A stretch of DNA of 63,573 bases, the filler included, from Octopus bimaculoides (lineage: Eukaryota), in NCBI RefSeq assembly GCF_001194135.2. It is 6 parts of 6 records of this genome, joined end to end, with 100 filler letters (N's around TTAATTAATTAA, not from the genome) between each part and the next. Parts side by side here need not be neighbours in the genome. Positions count along the whole stretch, not along the records: positions 33,273 to 41,415 come from NW_026330019.1; positions 41,516 to 61,716 come from NC_068997.1; 4 more parts are not named here. One strand, written 5' to 3'. Of this stretch, positions 35,803 through 50,439 are shown piece after piece. The stretch's first letter is position 1, and each line of letters opens with the position of its first letter. The translations under genes were made by a program, and so were the position numbers. Below the pieces are notes generated by a model. It ran no database searches. It was not told the DNA's origin and saw only the letters and a program-made list of their open reading frames with translations.

Positions 35803-38255
35803 TAACTAATTTAGAGACGAACCACCACTCTACAACTTAGTCAACGAAGAACCCGTCCAAAACCATGCTGTGAGGCAAATATCATATAAAAACTTATCTA
35901 AGATTTTAATCTAAAATTTCAAAGCAATAATCGTATTATAAATATATCAAAAGTATTAGAGTAATAATATTAGGGAATAAAAAATTATTCCAACCTCACA
36001 GGTAAAATTCGGTATCACAGCCTAACGCATAATGTATAAGCTTCTCTTTTGCACATTGCGTGACTTTCAACCGGTGTGCACGCGTCTCATAGTATCAGTA
36101 CATGTGTATATGTTTGTGAAGATGTATATATGCATAAGTGCGTATATTATATATGTATATATGAGCGTACACACATTTATGTATGCAAGCATCATATATA
36201 TATAACTCGTGCCATGATTGTGGGTATAAGTGTCTTTGACTCTTATTTCTAGCAATGTAGGTGCTACAATGCACCTTCAGTCACTATTAATGATAATTGA
36301 ATTCTTCCTTTTTGGTTTTATATTACGTCTAGCCACCTTTATTTGATAAATATAGAATAGAGTAGTGGTACAACAAGGCACCAATGTTTACTGGAAATAG
36401 CAGTCGGTATATTTACGACGCTATAATAAAGCTTCACTGTGTATATACTGGCAAAGACGTGCGAGGGAAGTGAATCTTCAGATACGTTTGTTATCGTAAA
36501 TTTGGTTATTCTTCTTCAGCTAGATTTTACCTGGACAATATATANNNNNNNNNNNNNNNNNNNNNNNNNNNNNNNNNNNNNNNNNNNNNNNNNNNNNNNN
36601 NNNNNNNNNNNNNNNNNNNNNNNNNNNNNNNNNNNNNNNNNNNNNNNNNNNNNNNNNNNNNNNNNNNNNNNNNNNNNNNNNNNNNNNNNNNNNNNNNNNN
36701 NNNNNNNNNNNNNNNNNNNNNNNNNNNNNNNNNNNNNNNNNNNNNNNNNNNNNNNNNNNNNNNNNNNNNNNNNNNNNNNNNNNNNNNNNNNNNNNNNNNN
36801 NNNNNNNNNNNNNNNNNNNNNNNNNNNNNNNNNNNNNNNNNNNNNNNNNNNNNNNNNNNNNNNNNNNNNNNNNNNNNNNNATATATATATATATATATAT
36901 ATATAGCTGTATGCATGAATTCTGTTTCTGAGGTAATTTACTCTCACATGGATATATATATATGTATGTATGTACAGTTACAAATAATGGGGAGACGACC
37001 ATGGTGCAAACAGTTTAAATATAAGAAAACGATGAATCAATATGGCACAAGTTTGATATACCAATATACAATTGTTTCAGCACTATTCCTTTTGATTCCA
37101 AATCGCACGTAAATGATATGATGCAGTGATATTATCACACACAACACCAGTATAAATCTAGCCATGGTTGGGTAAGCTGGAGTGACACAGCATCTGACAA
37201 ATAACGAGGTGTTCCTCTACTATAGATGGTCTCGTTGCTTGACTTCCATAAAAATTTTACGTGTCTTGTATACATATATTCACGGACTTTGTGTGTGTGT
37301 GTGTGTGTGTACAAATCTATTTATATTATGTATGTATTAGTTATTGATGCAGATATATTTATATATGTATATATATAAGTATATCTGCACATATTTACTA
37401 TTGTTGTACAAGATTATTGACAGTGACTTCGAAGTTTCGGTCAACTAAGCTATCGTCGGCAGCCCGATGATGGCTTAGCTGGAATTTATTAAGGAAAAAA
37501 TTCCATGGGCGGGAAGATGAGTTTTAGAAAATTCACACAAGTTGGCTTTGTTTCCTCATAACTTTCAGAAAAATGATTATTTTTTAATGAAATTTTCTAC
37601 AAATACTTTTCACAGTGTCTAAATTACGAATATATCGGAATTGGATGTGGAAAACGAAAGCACTGATCACGCACACAAACGGACAGGCACACGTCGCAAT
37701 TTTCTTCCAAATCGCAAGTTTCATTTTGATGATATACGGGATAGGTATCACGGTACGTGTCCGTACGAACTCGCCGATTTTTTTTTTTTTCATTTTTTTT
37801 TTTTTACATTAAATTCCGATATCATCGTAATCTATGCACTCTGAAATGTATTAATAGAACATTTCATTAAAAATTACTCATCTTCCTGATACTCATGTGT
37901 AAAGAATGCCGTTTCATATGAATTTTCCAAACACCCTCGGAATTTTTTTTTTTTTTTTCATCACATATTCCGATATTATCAGATTCTACACCATCTGAAG
38001 CATACTTGCAGAAAATTTCATTCAAAAATATACTTTTTTTTTTCCGGATGCTATGAGACAACAAAATCGCACGTGAGTACTAGGTCCGATATGATCGACA
38101 AGTTAGTTCTATCACCTTACACTACATTCCAACCCTGTAAATTTAAATTGAGATTTTCTTCCTAATATTATTATCCTGCTTGTGTCAGGCTACTTTGGCT
38201 TTAAGCCTCTTCAAAAGTTTTACAAGATGTTTATTTTTTATTTATTATGCGCCCT

Positions 38256-38556
38256 TTTAAAGCGTAGCCAGGCTCATGGACCCGGTTTCCCGGTTTCTAT
38301 GGCGTATGTGTTCCCCCCACCACCAGCTGGACGGGACGCCAGTCCATCGCAGCTTTACTCAAGAAACAGGAAGAAAGAATGAGAGAAAGTTCGGGCGAAG
38401 GAGTACACAGGGGTCGCCACCGCCACCTGCCGGGGCCTCGTGGAGCTTTAGGTGTTTTCACTCAATAGACACACACAACGCCCGGTCTGGGAATCGAAAC
38501 CTCGATCCTCCGACCGCGACTCCGCTGCCCTAACCACTGGGCCATTGCGCCTCCAC
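38256..38556 (-). mobile_element. tRNA-derived SINE, family 5 (V-SINE-like central segment)
   Basis: Minus-strand head ggaggcgcaatggcccagtggttagggcagc...ggtttcgattccc, plus gcgatggactggcgtcccgtccag. Confidence 0.75.
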
Positions 38557-38789
38557 TTTTACATGTACCTGTCAATAATTTCCGGTTGTTTAATTCAGAC
38601 TTTGATCTTAATTACAACGTATATTTTTGTTCCAGTTAAATACACATTGTCCCCATTTCGAAAATTAGAACGACTGACTTATGATTGATGAGAAATAATT
38701 GTATTTAAAATCCCGAAGCTCAATATGTACTGGGCAACAGTAATTGATCACAGATCAAATCATTTACCAGACATCTCCAATTATTTTTC

Positions 38790-39301
38790 TTGGCAGAATC
38801 GTTAGCACGCAGGGCGAAATGCTTAGCGGTATTTCACCCGTCACTACATTCTGAGTTCAAACTCCGCCAAGGTCGACTTTACCCTTCATCCTTTCGGGTT
38901 TGATAAAATAAGTACCAGTTGAACACTGGAGTCGATGTAATCGAATTGTTCCCTCCCCAAAAATTGCTTAAAATTCTGCCGAGGTCGATATTGCCTTTCA
39001 TCCTTTCGGGGTCGATAAATTAAGTACCAGTTGCGTACTGGGTTCGATCTAATCAAATGGCCCCTCCCCCAAAAATTTCAGGCATTGTGTCTATAGTAGA
39101 AAGAATTATTATTATTATTATTAAGCGGCGAACTGACAAAATCGTTAGCATGCCGGGCGAAATGCTTAGCGGTATTTCGTCTGCCGCTACTTCCTGAGTT
39201 CAAATTCCTCCGAAGTCGACTTTGCCTTTTATCACTGGGGTCGATGCAATCGACTAGTCCCCACCCCAACAAATTCCAGGCCTTGTGCCTATAGTAGAAA
39301 G

Positions 39302-39302
<1 letters not shown>
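38790..39302 (+). mobile_element. Cluster of three SINE family 2 copies/fragments
   Basis: Repeated gtcgactttgcctttcatcctttcgggg blocks at about 38870, 38985 and 39215. Confidence 0.8.
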
Positions 39303-39344
<42 letters not shown>

Positions 39345-39933
39345 ATTTGAAGTAGCAATAGAATCAGAAATAGTATTTTAATCGATAGATTACTTCCTTC
39401 GATCTTAATAGTTATTTTTGTAGACCTAGTTTAACAACATTGTTTTTGATTTTTTTTTTTTTTTTTTTTTGAAATCAGCCAAACACAGTTTCTGTCACAG
39501 AAATAAATGGTTTTTAAAGTCAAACAGAATCAATAATCAGTTATAATATCTGGGCCTGTTATTCATCGATCCAGAGATTATTGGAACTTAAGTATCGGCT
39601 CCACTGCGACTCAAGCTCTCTATTGCTCACGTGATATACCGACTGAGTTCTGGACAAATAATTACAAATGTAGGTATTTGACAAATTAACGCATACATCG
39701 CTTCACGAAACGGCTATTTTCCTTTCTTCTCTTTTTTCTTTACGTGTATTAGTCGTTAGATTGCGGCCAAGTTGGGGCACGCTTTAGATGATTTTTAAGT
39801 GAAGGAATCGAACCCAGTATTTGTTTATTTTTGGTTTGTTTTGTTTTTTTAAGACTGGTACTTATTCTATCGTACTCTATTGCCGAGCAGCAAAGTTACG
39901 GGAAGAGGTAAACACAACAATGCTGGTTGTCAA

Positions 39934-39982
<49 letters not shown>

Positions 39983-40324
39983 CATACATACAGGGTGTCC
40001 ACAAAGTCTGGGTACATACTTTAAAAAATTAATTCTTATGATTTTATTTACTCAACGTAATATATATATACAGATATATATTATATATATATACATATAT
40101 ATATATACACACAGATGACCGCAGCCACTTGGCTGAAACANNNNNNNNNNATACATATATATACATACATATATATACATATATATACATACATATACAT
40201 GCATATATATATACATATATACATACATATATATATATACATATATACATACATATATATATATACATATATACATACATATATATACATATATACATAC
40301 ATATATATATATATACATACATAT

Positions 40325-40355
<31 letters not shown>

Positions 40356-40368
40356 CATACATACATAT

Positions 40369-40399
<31 letters not shown>

Positions 40400-40423
40400 C
40401 ATACATACATATACACACACACA

Positions 40424-40458
<35 letters not shown>

Positions 40459-40672
40459 CTGTACGTATATGTATGTATGTATGTAGTTGTACGGAACACA
40501 AAATACTGAAATAATGAGATGATGATGATTACGACTATGACGTCGATAGTGGTTGGTGGTGGTGGCGGTGGTGGTAGTGCTGATGCTGCTGATGATGATG
40601 ATGATGGTATTAATAATGGCGATGGTAAATTAATACTCAAAACGATGATCTCCAGCGAAATTTTCATCGTTC

Positions 40673-40713
<41 letters not shown>

Positions 40714-40723
40714 NNNNNNNNNN

Positions 40724-40764
<41 letters not shown>

Positions 40765-41364
40765 ATGGGTGGGTGGGTGTGCATGTAATCTATGTGTCTG
40801 GGCAGGCAGACAGGCAGGCAGACAGATAGATAAATGGAAAGGTGTATAGATAAATAGGTAAACTGATAGATATATCGTTAATTAAAAACAGAAGTCGTGT
40901 ATATATGCTGTCATGTGTGTGCGTATAGACAGACAGAGAGACAAAAAGATTATACATATAATGTTTATGTAGAAATGTATTTATAGGTATATATACATAC
41001 GTACATATATGTATATATAAATTTATACATATACAAATTTATATGCATAAATATGTATATATGTATACACAAATATGATATAATATATAAAATATATGCA
41101 TATATACATACATATATGTCCATACCAACATATATATGTCTATATACATGCATATATGGCATGCATATATGGGTACAGGACATAAAAAAAAAATACGCGA
41201 ACAAAATGAGAAAGGAGAACATAAAAAACAAAAAAAAACATAGAAAACAAAATATTTTTTTCGAATAACGAAAGAAACAAATAGAGAAACGAGGCAGGCA
41301 ACATAAATAACATTTCCTTCATCAGTTGTCCCCTGTTCTATCTACTCCGCGTTTCGAAGGTAGG

Positions 41365-41397
<33 letters not shown>

Positions 41398-42639
41398 TAT
41401 ATATATATATATATGNNNNNNNNNNNNNNNNNNNNNNNNNNNNNNNNNNNNNNNNNNNNTTAATTAATTAANNNNNNNNNNNNNNNNNNNNNNNNNNNNN
41501 NNNNNNNNNNNNNNNTATATATATGAACACATAGATACATGCACGCATTACTACACGCACCAATTTATTTTTGTTTCTGAAATACAAAGAGGTGTTTTTT
41601 ATACGTCAACAAAACCAGCTTGTACGATTTTCTCTTTGAAATTCCGGTTTTGTTTTTCTGATTTTGCATAGAATAAGTCAGAAGCAGTTTATTAGCTAGG
41701 TGAGCGACCCAGTAGGACACTAATAAATGAAATATCAACAATAATAGTCATTCTTTTAGAAGAATAAAAAGTAAAAGACGAAGAAGAAAAAGAAAAAAGA
41801 CGATGAGGAACACTTAGAAGAGAAAGGTGGAGAGGAAGAATATGAAGAACATATTATAAAGAGAATAGAATGTGAAATATAAATAAAGAAAATAAAGTAG
41901 AAATGAGGACAAAAGCGAAACAAGTTACACATAAATAATTGCTTAAAAACTGGTTTGGTTTGATGAAAAATTTAATGATAGGGCGAAATTAAATATATTG
42001 TGAAACATGAAGATACGTCATCACAATAAATCTGATATAGACGAATCACATAGATAGACATGAGCCAATGTGCAGTTTCGCAAGTCGTTATTCAATCTCC
42101 TAGAAATGATAGCTAAATTTCCAAACCATATCGTTCTATTGAGTAATGTAGCTGACTACCGGAAAGAAAGATGAGGAGTACATGATTGGGGAAACTTTGA
42201 TCATAAGTCGGTATGATCGGAGACGTTAACCAACAACCCGCTTATACACACACACAAACATCATCTTTTTTAAACAATCGTCTGCAGTTTCTTTGGAAGA
42301 TCTGCTGCTATTTGTTGAGGTTTCATTGTAGGTCCACATTGTAAAAACACTACAGAACACTATGTACGTGTGAAAATTACAAGTGATAGCCGTGCCTCAA
42401 AGCCTGGAAGGTGATATAAACTGACACCACATCCTCTTCTGGAATATAAGTTACATTCCGGATCTCGGAACTCAAAAGATCCATTTACCACAGAAGGAGA
42501 TTCTATGGATATTCGGTACATATATATGTATTAACATCCACCCCTAGGGGTCAGCCACACTTAAGTGGCAATATACTACACTTTATCGTGCAGTTACTGT
42601 TAATACTTCATTTAGAGAATTAACATTGCTTGTTTTCAC

Positions 42640-42703
<64 letters not shown>

Positions 42704-43457
42704 GTATACAAACGCAAGGAAACATATTTAAATAACTGAATAGTCTTTTATTATTTTGATAGAGAAGAGAATGAAGCCTATTTTTCGCTGCTGAAGGTTA
42801 ATAAGAGCGAAACATGCACGACTTAGTATCTCTCATTTACTGCAATCGTTAAAATGATATTATTCATTAGCTTACTGCTCTCTTTCCCTAAATGCATCAG
42901 CATTTCTAATTAGACTTTTTACGTTCTAAATTAAATATTTTCACCCCTAATTAACTCTATACGTGCTATATACGCTTGCTAATAAGTGTTTGTGGACTTG
43001 CGTCTACATAAACGAAAATGTGTGTCAGTTTGTAGCAAACGTATATCAGAATAAGTGTATATATCTCTGTGTATATATGTGCTTGTGTTTAAGTACATTT
43101 GTTAGTTTGTGACATGTTTATATGTGTATGTGTGTACGTGTGTATATGTATGTGTGTGTATATGTGCATTTACAAGTGTGTTTTTGTTGATGTGTATTTA
43201 TGTGATTTTGTGTATGCGCTTATGTGTCTGTTAGTGTAGGTGTGCGTCACTGCGGAAATGGAGGCATGCGGTGGTGTGACTCTATCGATCAGTTTCTGTA
43301 TATATTTGTATGTGTCTTTCCATCTATTTCTATAGATGATGCACATCTGTGTACCAGTGTCTTTCTGTCTCCTTCCCTCTCTTTCACTCACTCTCTCACT
43401 CTAACCCTGTCTGTGCGTATCTTCGAATGTATGCATGCCTATGTATGTATGCATGCA

Positions 43458-43496
<39 letters not shown>

Positions 43497-43517
43497 ACAT
43501 CTCTCTTTCCCTATCTA

Positions 43518-43549
<32 letters not shown>

Positions 43550-43642
43550 TCTATATATCTATCTATCTACCTATCTATCATCAACCTCTCTAACTCTGTA
43601 TTGACTTTTAATATCTGTACGAATGTATATTTGATTGTTGGT

Positions 43643-43673
43643 GTATATGTGCCTGCACATGTGTGAGTATATG

Positions 43674-43716
<43 letters not shown>

Positions 43717-43740
43717 TCACACATGTGCAGGCACATATAC
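43643..43740. repeat. 30-bp perfect inverted repeat flanking a (TA)n run
   Basis: gtatatgtgcctgcacatgtgtgagtatat (43643-43672) / atatactcacacatgtgcaggcacatatac (43711-43740). Confidence 0.9.
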
Positions 43741-44383
43741 ATACATATATGTCTCTCTCTCTCTTTTTCCGTTCTATTATGTTATCTATGTTTTAGGTCA
43801 GCATCTACATGGAATTATGTCTAGAAAATGGTCGGTCTTCGTATTTACTTATTACGAATTCGTGTCTTGGGAACATCCGTGCCGAATTTAATTTCAGAAG
43901 GTTTTTAATGAAACAAATCTTGATATTTCTCTGCTGTAATTAATGAGTCTTAAGATGCAGTAAACGTCGTCTATGTATGTTGAACCGAAATTACTCTAAT
44001 TAAGGGAACCAACCAAAATTAGATCAATTAGGAAAGGAAATTGATCAAAGTTTGAATCATCTAGTTAGGTCCCGATAAAAATGAAACTAAATTATGTGGG
44101 AGGACGGAATGAGTTTGAGGAGAGCTGCGAAGAAGGAGACGAAAAAGGAGTGGAGGAAAGAGAGAATAGGGAAAGAATATGGAAGGAAGAAAGAGAAGGT
44201 TGGAGAAAGAAAGGTGAAAGAGGCGAATTAGTGCCATTACGTTTAGTAACCAAAATGTATGAACGGCTTTTATAACTCAATTAAAGCAAGCAGACAAAAT
44301 TGACCTTAATTTTCAATAGATTTTATGTATCAACTTACCTATCTACACCTGTCTACCTACGTACCTACGTACGTGCCTATCTG

Positions 44384-44495
<112 letters not shown>

Positions 44496-45085
44496 GCTAG
44501 CTAGCTAGCTAGCTATCTATCTCACTTTGTATATATATATGTATATATATATATTTGGATTTAGAGAGAAGATTTTTTTCTCAAAGAGTTAAGATTGAGA
44601 AAAGAACCTTTTTAGAAAGTCGAAAGGCACTAACCTTTGGTAAGAGATATCACAAAATGTGTGTAGGCTTTGCTTTCATAGATGTGCAAGCGCTTTCAGT
44701 TCTTAACGCTTTCAAGCCCGTGTTATTACATATAGTGAAAGTTGTTTTCAGTAAAATTGTTGTTGACTATTTACGGTTTAGTTTCGGACTCAGAAATCTT
44801 ATGAAATATTCTTCTTTTGCCTTCCAGAAAAATACAAATATATATTTGTATACATACATACTCATATGTATTATATACACATACATACATATATACATAC
44901 ACACATACGCACACATATGTATATATAATTTAAAACAGTTTGATTCGGCTCTATGTTGCATAAAGTTTCGCGAGCCTCTTACAGAAACGCAGCTCGTTCA
45001 GACTCATATATAATGTACGTAATACCTAATAAATGCCTTGAGGGCCTTTTTATTTCGTTTGTCAACCTATCGTGTGTCCGACTGC

Positions 45086-45157
<72 letters not shown>

Positions 45158-45864
45158 ATAAATTAACTCCGGGCTAAATAAAAACGTGGATGTACTCTAA
45201 GAAGCTCTCTTCACAAAATAAACTTAATCCAATAACATCGGTGTGATGGAAAGAAAGCTTTGCAATACAACTATGGAAAAAGTCCTGTTACAGTAAAAGA
45301 ACTAAAAAATCGCAAAGATTTTTGCTACATAAAGTGTATTTTCTTTCTTAAATGCACGGTATCTCAATGCGATATACGCAAGAAGTCGAAACTAGTACCA
45401 GAAAGCCTGGAAAAATACACCAATTACACGCCTACACGATAAGAAAAGAAAAACACGTATCACGAGTGACGTCGAACCAAACAAAAATAAAGCGACTTCT
45501 CAGTTACTCAGTATAAAACTTCGCTACACAGTTATGCCCGGAAACATAGCTTCCAAAAAAAAAAAAAAAATAACTAAATAAATAAAACGATTTTCGATCT
45601 ATTAGCCAACTATATTACAAATGTATCCATTCGAAGAAAAAGGAAGCGGTATCATGTCAAAAAGTCAACTCTGAACAAACAATCCCGTCTCCTATTGTCA
45701 CCGTCAAAGCTTTAATGACAAGCCCAAACTCATGCCGGATCAGTCACCGCCCGAGACTACAAGAACTGCGTTACCAAGTGGGGAGCCAGACTGGGGTCGG
45801 AAGGTCTGATGCTGGAACAAACTCTCAAAATAGTAAAAAGTGAACTATCAGCTATGTATAAAGG

Positions 45865-46135
45865 CGCTCAGGTGGCAGATTCGTTACCGCGCCGAGTAAA
45901 CTACTTAGCGTCCTCTCCTCCGTCTTTTCCTTCTGAGTTGAAATCAGCAAGTCGACAATGCTTTTCATTCTTTCGGGATCGATAAAATATGTACCAGTGG
46001 AGTTCTGGGGTTGATGTAATCGACTTACTCCGTCTCCTGAAGTTGTTAGCCTTGTGTCAAAATTTGAGATCCTTATAGAGGTGCTCCAGCATGGCCGCAG
46101 TTAAATGACTGAAACAAGTAAACGAATAAAAGAAT
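45865..46135 (+). mobile_element. Degenerate SINE family 2 followed by a family 1 3' tail
   Basis: aaggcgctcaggtggcaga...gctttcattctttcgggatcgat, then gtgctccagcatggccgcagttaaatgactgaaacaagt. Confidence 0.7.
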
Positions 46136-47102
46136 ATATATATGTATATGTGTGTGTGTGTATGTGTGTGTGTGTGTGTAGTGTGTGTGTGTGTGTGATG
46201 TATGAGTGTGTATGTTTAAATACGTTAGTACTTATGATTGTCAATGATTCGTTCCTTTAGGGTTACATATCATATCCACCAGTGCTTGACATACCAAATA
46301 TGTGGACCCCATTTATACAATATTCTCTCAAGGCTCATTTCAGTTGCATTTAGAAAACAAATTATATTAACAGTTCTACAAGTGCAGCTACATTCGCAAC
46401 CTTCAAATATAGGATTTTCAGTTCAATCACGTTTCAACTGGTCTTCCACTCCTCGGGTCTTATTCTCTCCTTGTCATGAGCGTTTATGATATTTCACATA
46501 TATTTCCTGATAGCGTCGGTTTTGATTGCGTTAATACGTATGCTCTCAGTTCCCCAAAAACATAATCTGCATCCTGATAAAAGATGTCTCATTTTAGTAC
46601 ATATGCCTCGAAAAATTTCTTGAGATTCAATTCGTATACATTTATACAGACATGCATACATTCATTCATAAACTCGCGCACACATATGCATAAACACATA
46701 CATACATACAAATATACATATATATACACATACACACACAAGCACACACAAACACAGACACATACACATACTTTATGTTCATTTATGTATTTGTGTACGT
46801 AGATATGTATGACCGTTTATTTCAATTTAATAATTAACTTGGCTCTGATAATTTGGTGTATTTTTCTTTCTGTGCCCAATCAATTTATCCGAATGGAAAT
46901 GACCCAATTTTGATTTAATTTAGCCAATTACCCCTCATCCTCTTACCCAATCTAACACGTGAGCACACATAAATACTCATACCCATACCCATTCATGTGA
47001 GCGTGCCTTCGTAATTACACATGTAAAACCATACACACATACATACATCATACATCATACATACATACAATACATAAATACATTTGTACACAAGCAAGCA
47101 TA

Positions 47103-47169
<67 letters not shown>

Positions 47170-47378
47170 ATATATATACATANNNNNNNNNNNNNNNNNN
47201 NNNNNNNATATATGCAAGTGTATATGTAAATGTGTGTGTATAAACTATAAACACACACGCAGCACACATATATATATATATATATATGTTACCTTTAATT
47301 GCACCAATTAAAAGCGAGCTTCCATCAAATGAACTTTTTTTTTTATTGTTTGTTACTCTCTTCCTTACCCCCTCCCCA

Positions 47379-47419
<41 letters not shown>

Positions 47420-48854
47420 ACACACAGACACACACTGCAATTAATTCAATGTACTTAATGAATCAATTTGTTTCACTGCAACCAAATTGCGACTGATGAC
47501 AAGCAATGTTTTAAATAAGATACATGGCAGCAACGAATTAAATTAGAAAGGGATGTTCGGACTATTTAAATCGACTTTTGTATTTCTAACTCACCACTTC
47601 CGGTTCTTTGCCTCTTCTTTCGCAAAGTTTAAATGGGATTAACATGTGGAAGTAAAACAAGAAAAGAAACAAAAACGAAATAATTAATGTTCTCAGTTCA
47701 TTCGAAACCAGCTATTCGTATAAATGTTACCTGCAATCTTCTTGCTACATATATAAGCAACATCGGTGTGCAATGCGCCGGGGAGTAAACTTACGTTGAT
47801 GCACATGCGTCTCGTGATTATAGTAACAGGCAACCAAGAGAGAAGTAAGATAATTCGTATCCTGTTGTCGGCAGTCTGCTGTGGTCACGCCAGGACGAGT
47901 TCCGCCACAGGTCGATCAAGAAAAAAAGAATTATAGCAGCTATAGTTTTTTTAATGTATTATATGTTGTATAATACAATATTGTATCTCCCATCCTAGTG
48001 CTTATGGTTAGATTCGTAGATGTTGCTGGTGTCTATTTGAAATCATGAGCCTGTCGTTACTATACATGTCGACGCTACAATCATCAAAAGCTATTTCTAT
48101 TTCAGTGAATAGATCAGGCCTTTAAATAACAGGATTCGGTGCCACCAAAGTTCGCATAATAATGTCAAAATCGCCAATTTAGAAATTGTCTTAAACCGAC
48201 AGTTACCATTTCGCAGAAAATCTTCTACCATGCGTGACAACAAACACATGGCATTAAGGGATTTGCATAGTCCGATCAGATGTTATCTATGTCTTCTACA
48301 ATCTAATATAAATGTAGAATCTACAAAAATAGGCGCTATATCACAATAACATCTACGTGCCAAGTCTTAGTTCAAACATACATAGTAATATTTTCTCAAC
48401 CCTTTGAAGAGTGCAGTCTTCCATTATTTTGATTTTACGATAACATTTGATTATGTATAATTATTACTGTTTACTCAACAAGACAAATATGTATCGGACT
48501 CTACACATACTTGGTCCCAAAATATATTGGATACGTTCATATTTTTATTTAAAAAAATACATATATATATTAATATACAATTAATAAATTACTATTTTCA
48601 TAACATAATCATACTGTTCAATTTATGGCTTTTCTGTTTTTTAATAGAAAAACATAACAGAAGCGTTGAAAGGCACCACTTCGCAAGAGTTCCAGCACTG
48701 CCTCAAACAGTGGGAAACGTGTCTGGACTGATGCATTGCTTCAAATGGAGAATACTTTGAAAGCGATGAAAGTGTAAACATGTAAAACTAAGTGAATAAA
48801 ATGATATTGCAAAGTTCCGGTCTCTTTTGGGTACCCTCTCGTATATTACATTTT

Positions 48855-48891
<37 letters not shown>

Positions 48892-49913
48892 CCGTATGCG
48901 TGCGCACACACGCTTATACATACATGATATATATATATATATATATATATANNNNNNNNNNNNNNNNNNNNNNNNNNNNNNNNNNNNNNNNNNNNNNNNN
49001 NNNNNNNNNNNNNNNNNNNNNNNNNNNNNNNNNNNNNNNNNNNNNNNNNNNNNNNNNNNNNNNNNNNNNNNNNNNNNNNNNNNNNNNNNNNNNNNNNNNN
49101 NNNNNNNNNNNNNNNNNNNNNNNNNNNNNNNNNNNNNNNNNNNNNNNNNNNNNNNNNNNNNNNNNNNNNNNNNNNNNNNNNNNNNNNNNNNNNNNNNNNN
49201 NNNNNNNNNNNNNNNNNNNNNNNNNNNNNNNNNNNNNNNNNNNNNNNNNNNNNNNNNNNNNNNNNNNNNNNNNNNNNNNNNNNNNNNNNNNNNNNNNNNN
49301 NNNNNNNNNNNNNNNNNNNNNNNNNNNNNNNNNNNNNNNNNNNNNNNNNNNNNNNNNNNNNNNNNNNNNNNNNNNNNNNNNNNNNNNNNNNNNNNNNNNN
49401 NNNNNNNNNNNNNNNNNNNNNNNNNNNNNNNNNNNNNNNNNNNNNNNNNNNNNNNNNNNNNNNNNNNNNNNNNNNNNNNNNNNNNNNNNNNNNNNNNNNN
49501 NNNNNNNNNNNNNNNNNNNNNNNNNNNNNNNNNNNNNNNNNNNNNNNNNNNNNNNNNNNNNNNNNNNNNNNNNNNNNNNNNNNNNNNNNNNNNNNNNNNN
49601 NNNNNNNNNNNNNNNNNNNNNNNNNNNNNNNNNNNNNNNNNNNNNNNNNNNNNNNNNNNNNNNNNNNNNNNNNNNNNNNNNNNNNNNNNNNNNNNNNNNN
49701 NNNNNNNNNNNNNNNNNNNNNNNNNNNNNNNNNNNNNNNNNNNNNNNNNNNNNNNNNNNNNNNNNNNNNNNNNNNNNNNNNNNNNNNNNNNNNNNNNNNN
49801 NNNNNNNNNNNNNNNNNNNNNNNNNNNNNNNNNNNNNNNNNNNNNNNNNNNNNNNNNNNNNNNNNNNNNNNNNNNNNNNNNNNNNNNNNNNNNNNNNNNN
49901 NNNNNNNNNNNNN

Positions 49914-49944
<31 letters not shown>

Positions 49945-50360
49945 GAACAACAACAAAAATCAGAGCAATAGTGCACGTGAAACGTATGAAAATGAATTCC
50001 CCTTCTTTTCTCCCCTTTACCTCCGCAGAAACAAGAGAAGAAAATTACAAACACAGTAACACAAGCGAAAACACTATTTCCACCGCTACAACCAGTCCCA
50101 GCAGCAGCAGCAGTAGTTGTAGTGGTAGCAATATCAACAATAAGAGAGACAGCAATGGTAGCAGTAGCAGCGATAGTAACAACAGCAACAACGACAGCAA
50201 ACGAGTCAACAACACCAACCAAAACAATGTCAACAACAACAACAACAACAACAGAAGCAGCAGTAAAAGTAGCAGCAACTGCAAACAACAGCAAATACGA
50301 TACCAATATTTCCAACAACAACAAAAAAAAACACTTTCCCAGCGGCAGCAGCCAGAATAA
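49914..50360. repeat. CAG/CAA/AAC trinucleotide low-complexity tract
   Basis: Read directly; open in one plus-strand frame. Confidence 0.8.
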
Positions 50361-50439
50361 GACCACGATTCAGCCTAGACCTCACAAGCAAAGACGAAAA
50401 GTTGGCCTAAGCCTGGAAACTCATTAATCACGATCAAAC

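Noticed and set aside
40044-40784. IY/CV/HT-repeat ORFs here and throughout the window
   Set aside because: These are translations of TA, CA, GA and TATC microsatellites.
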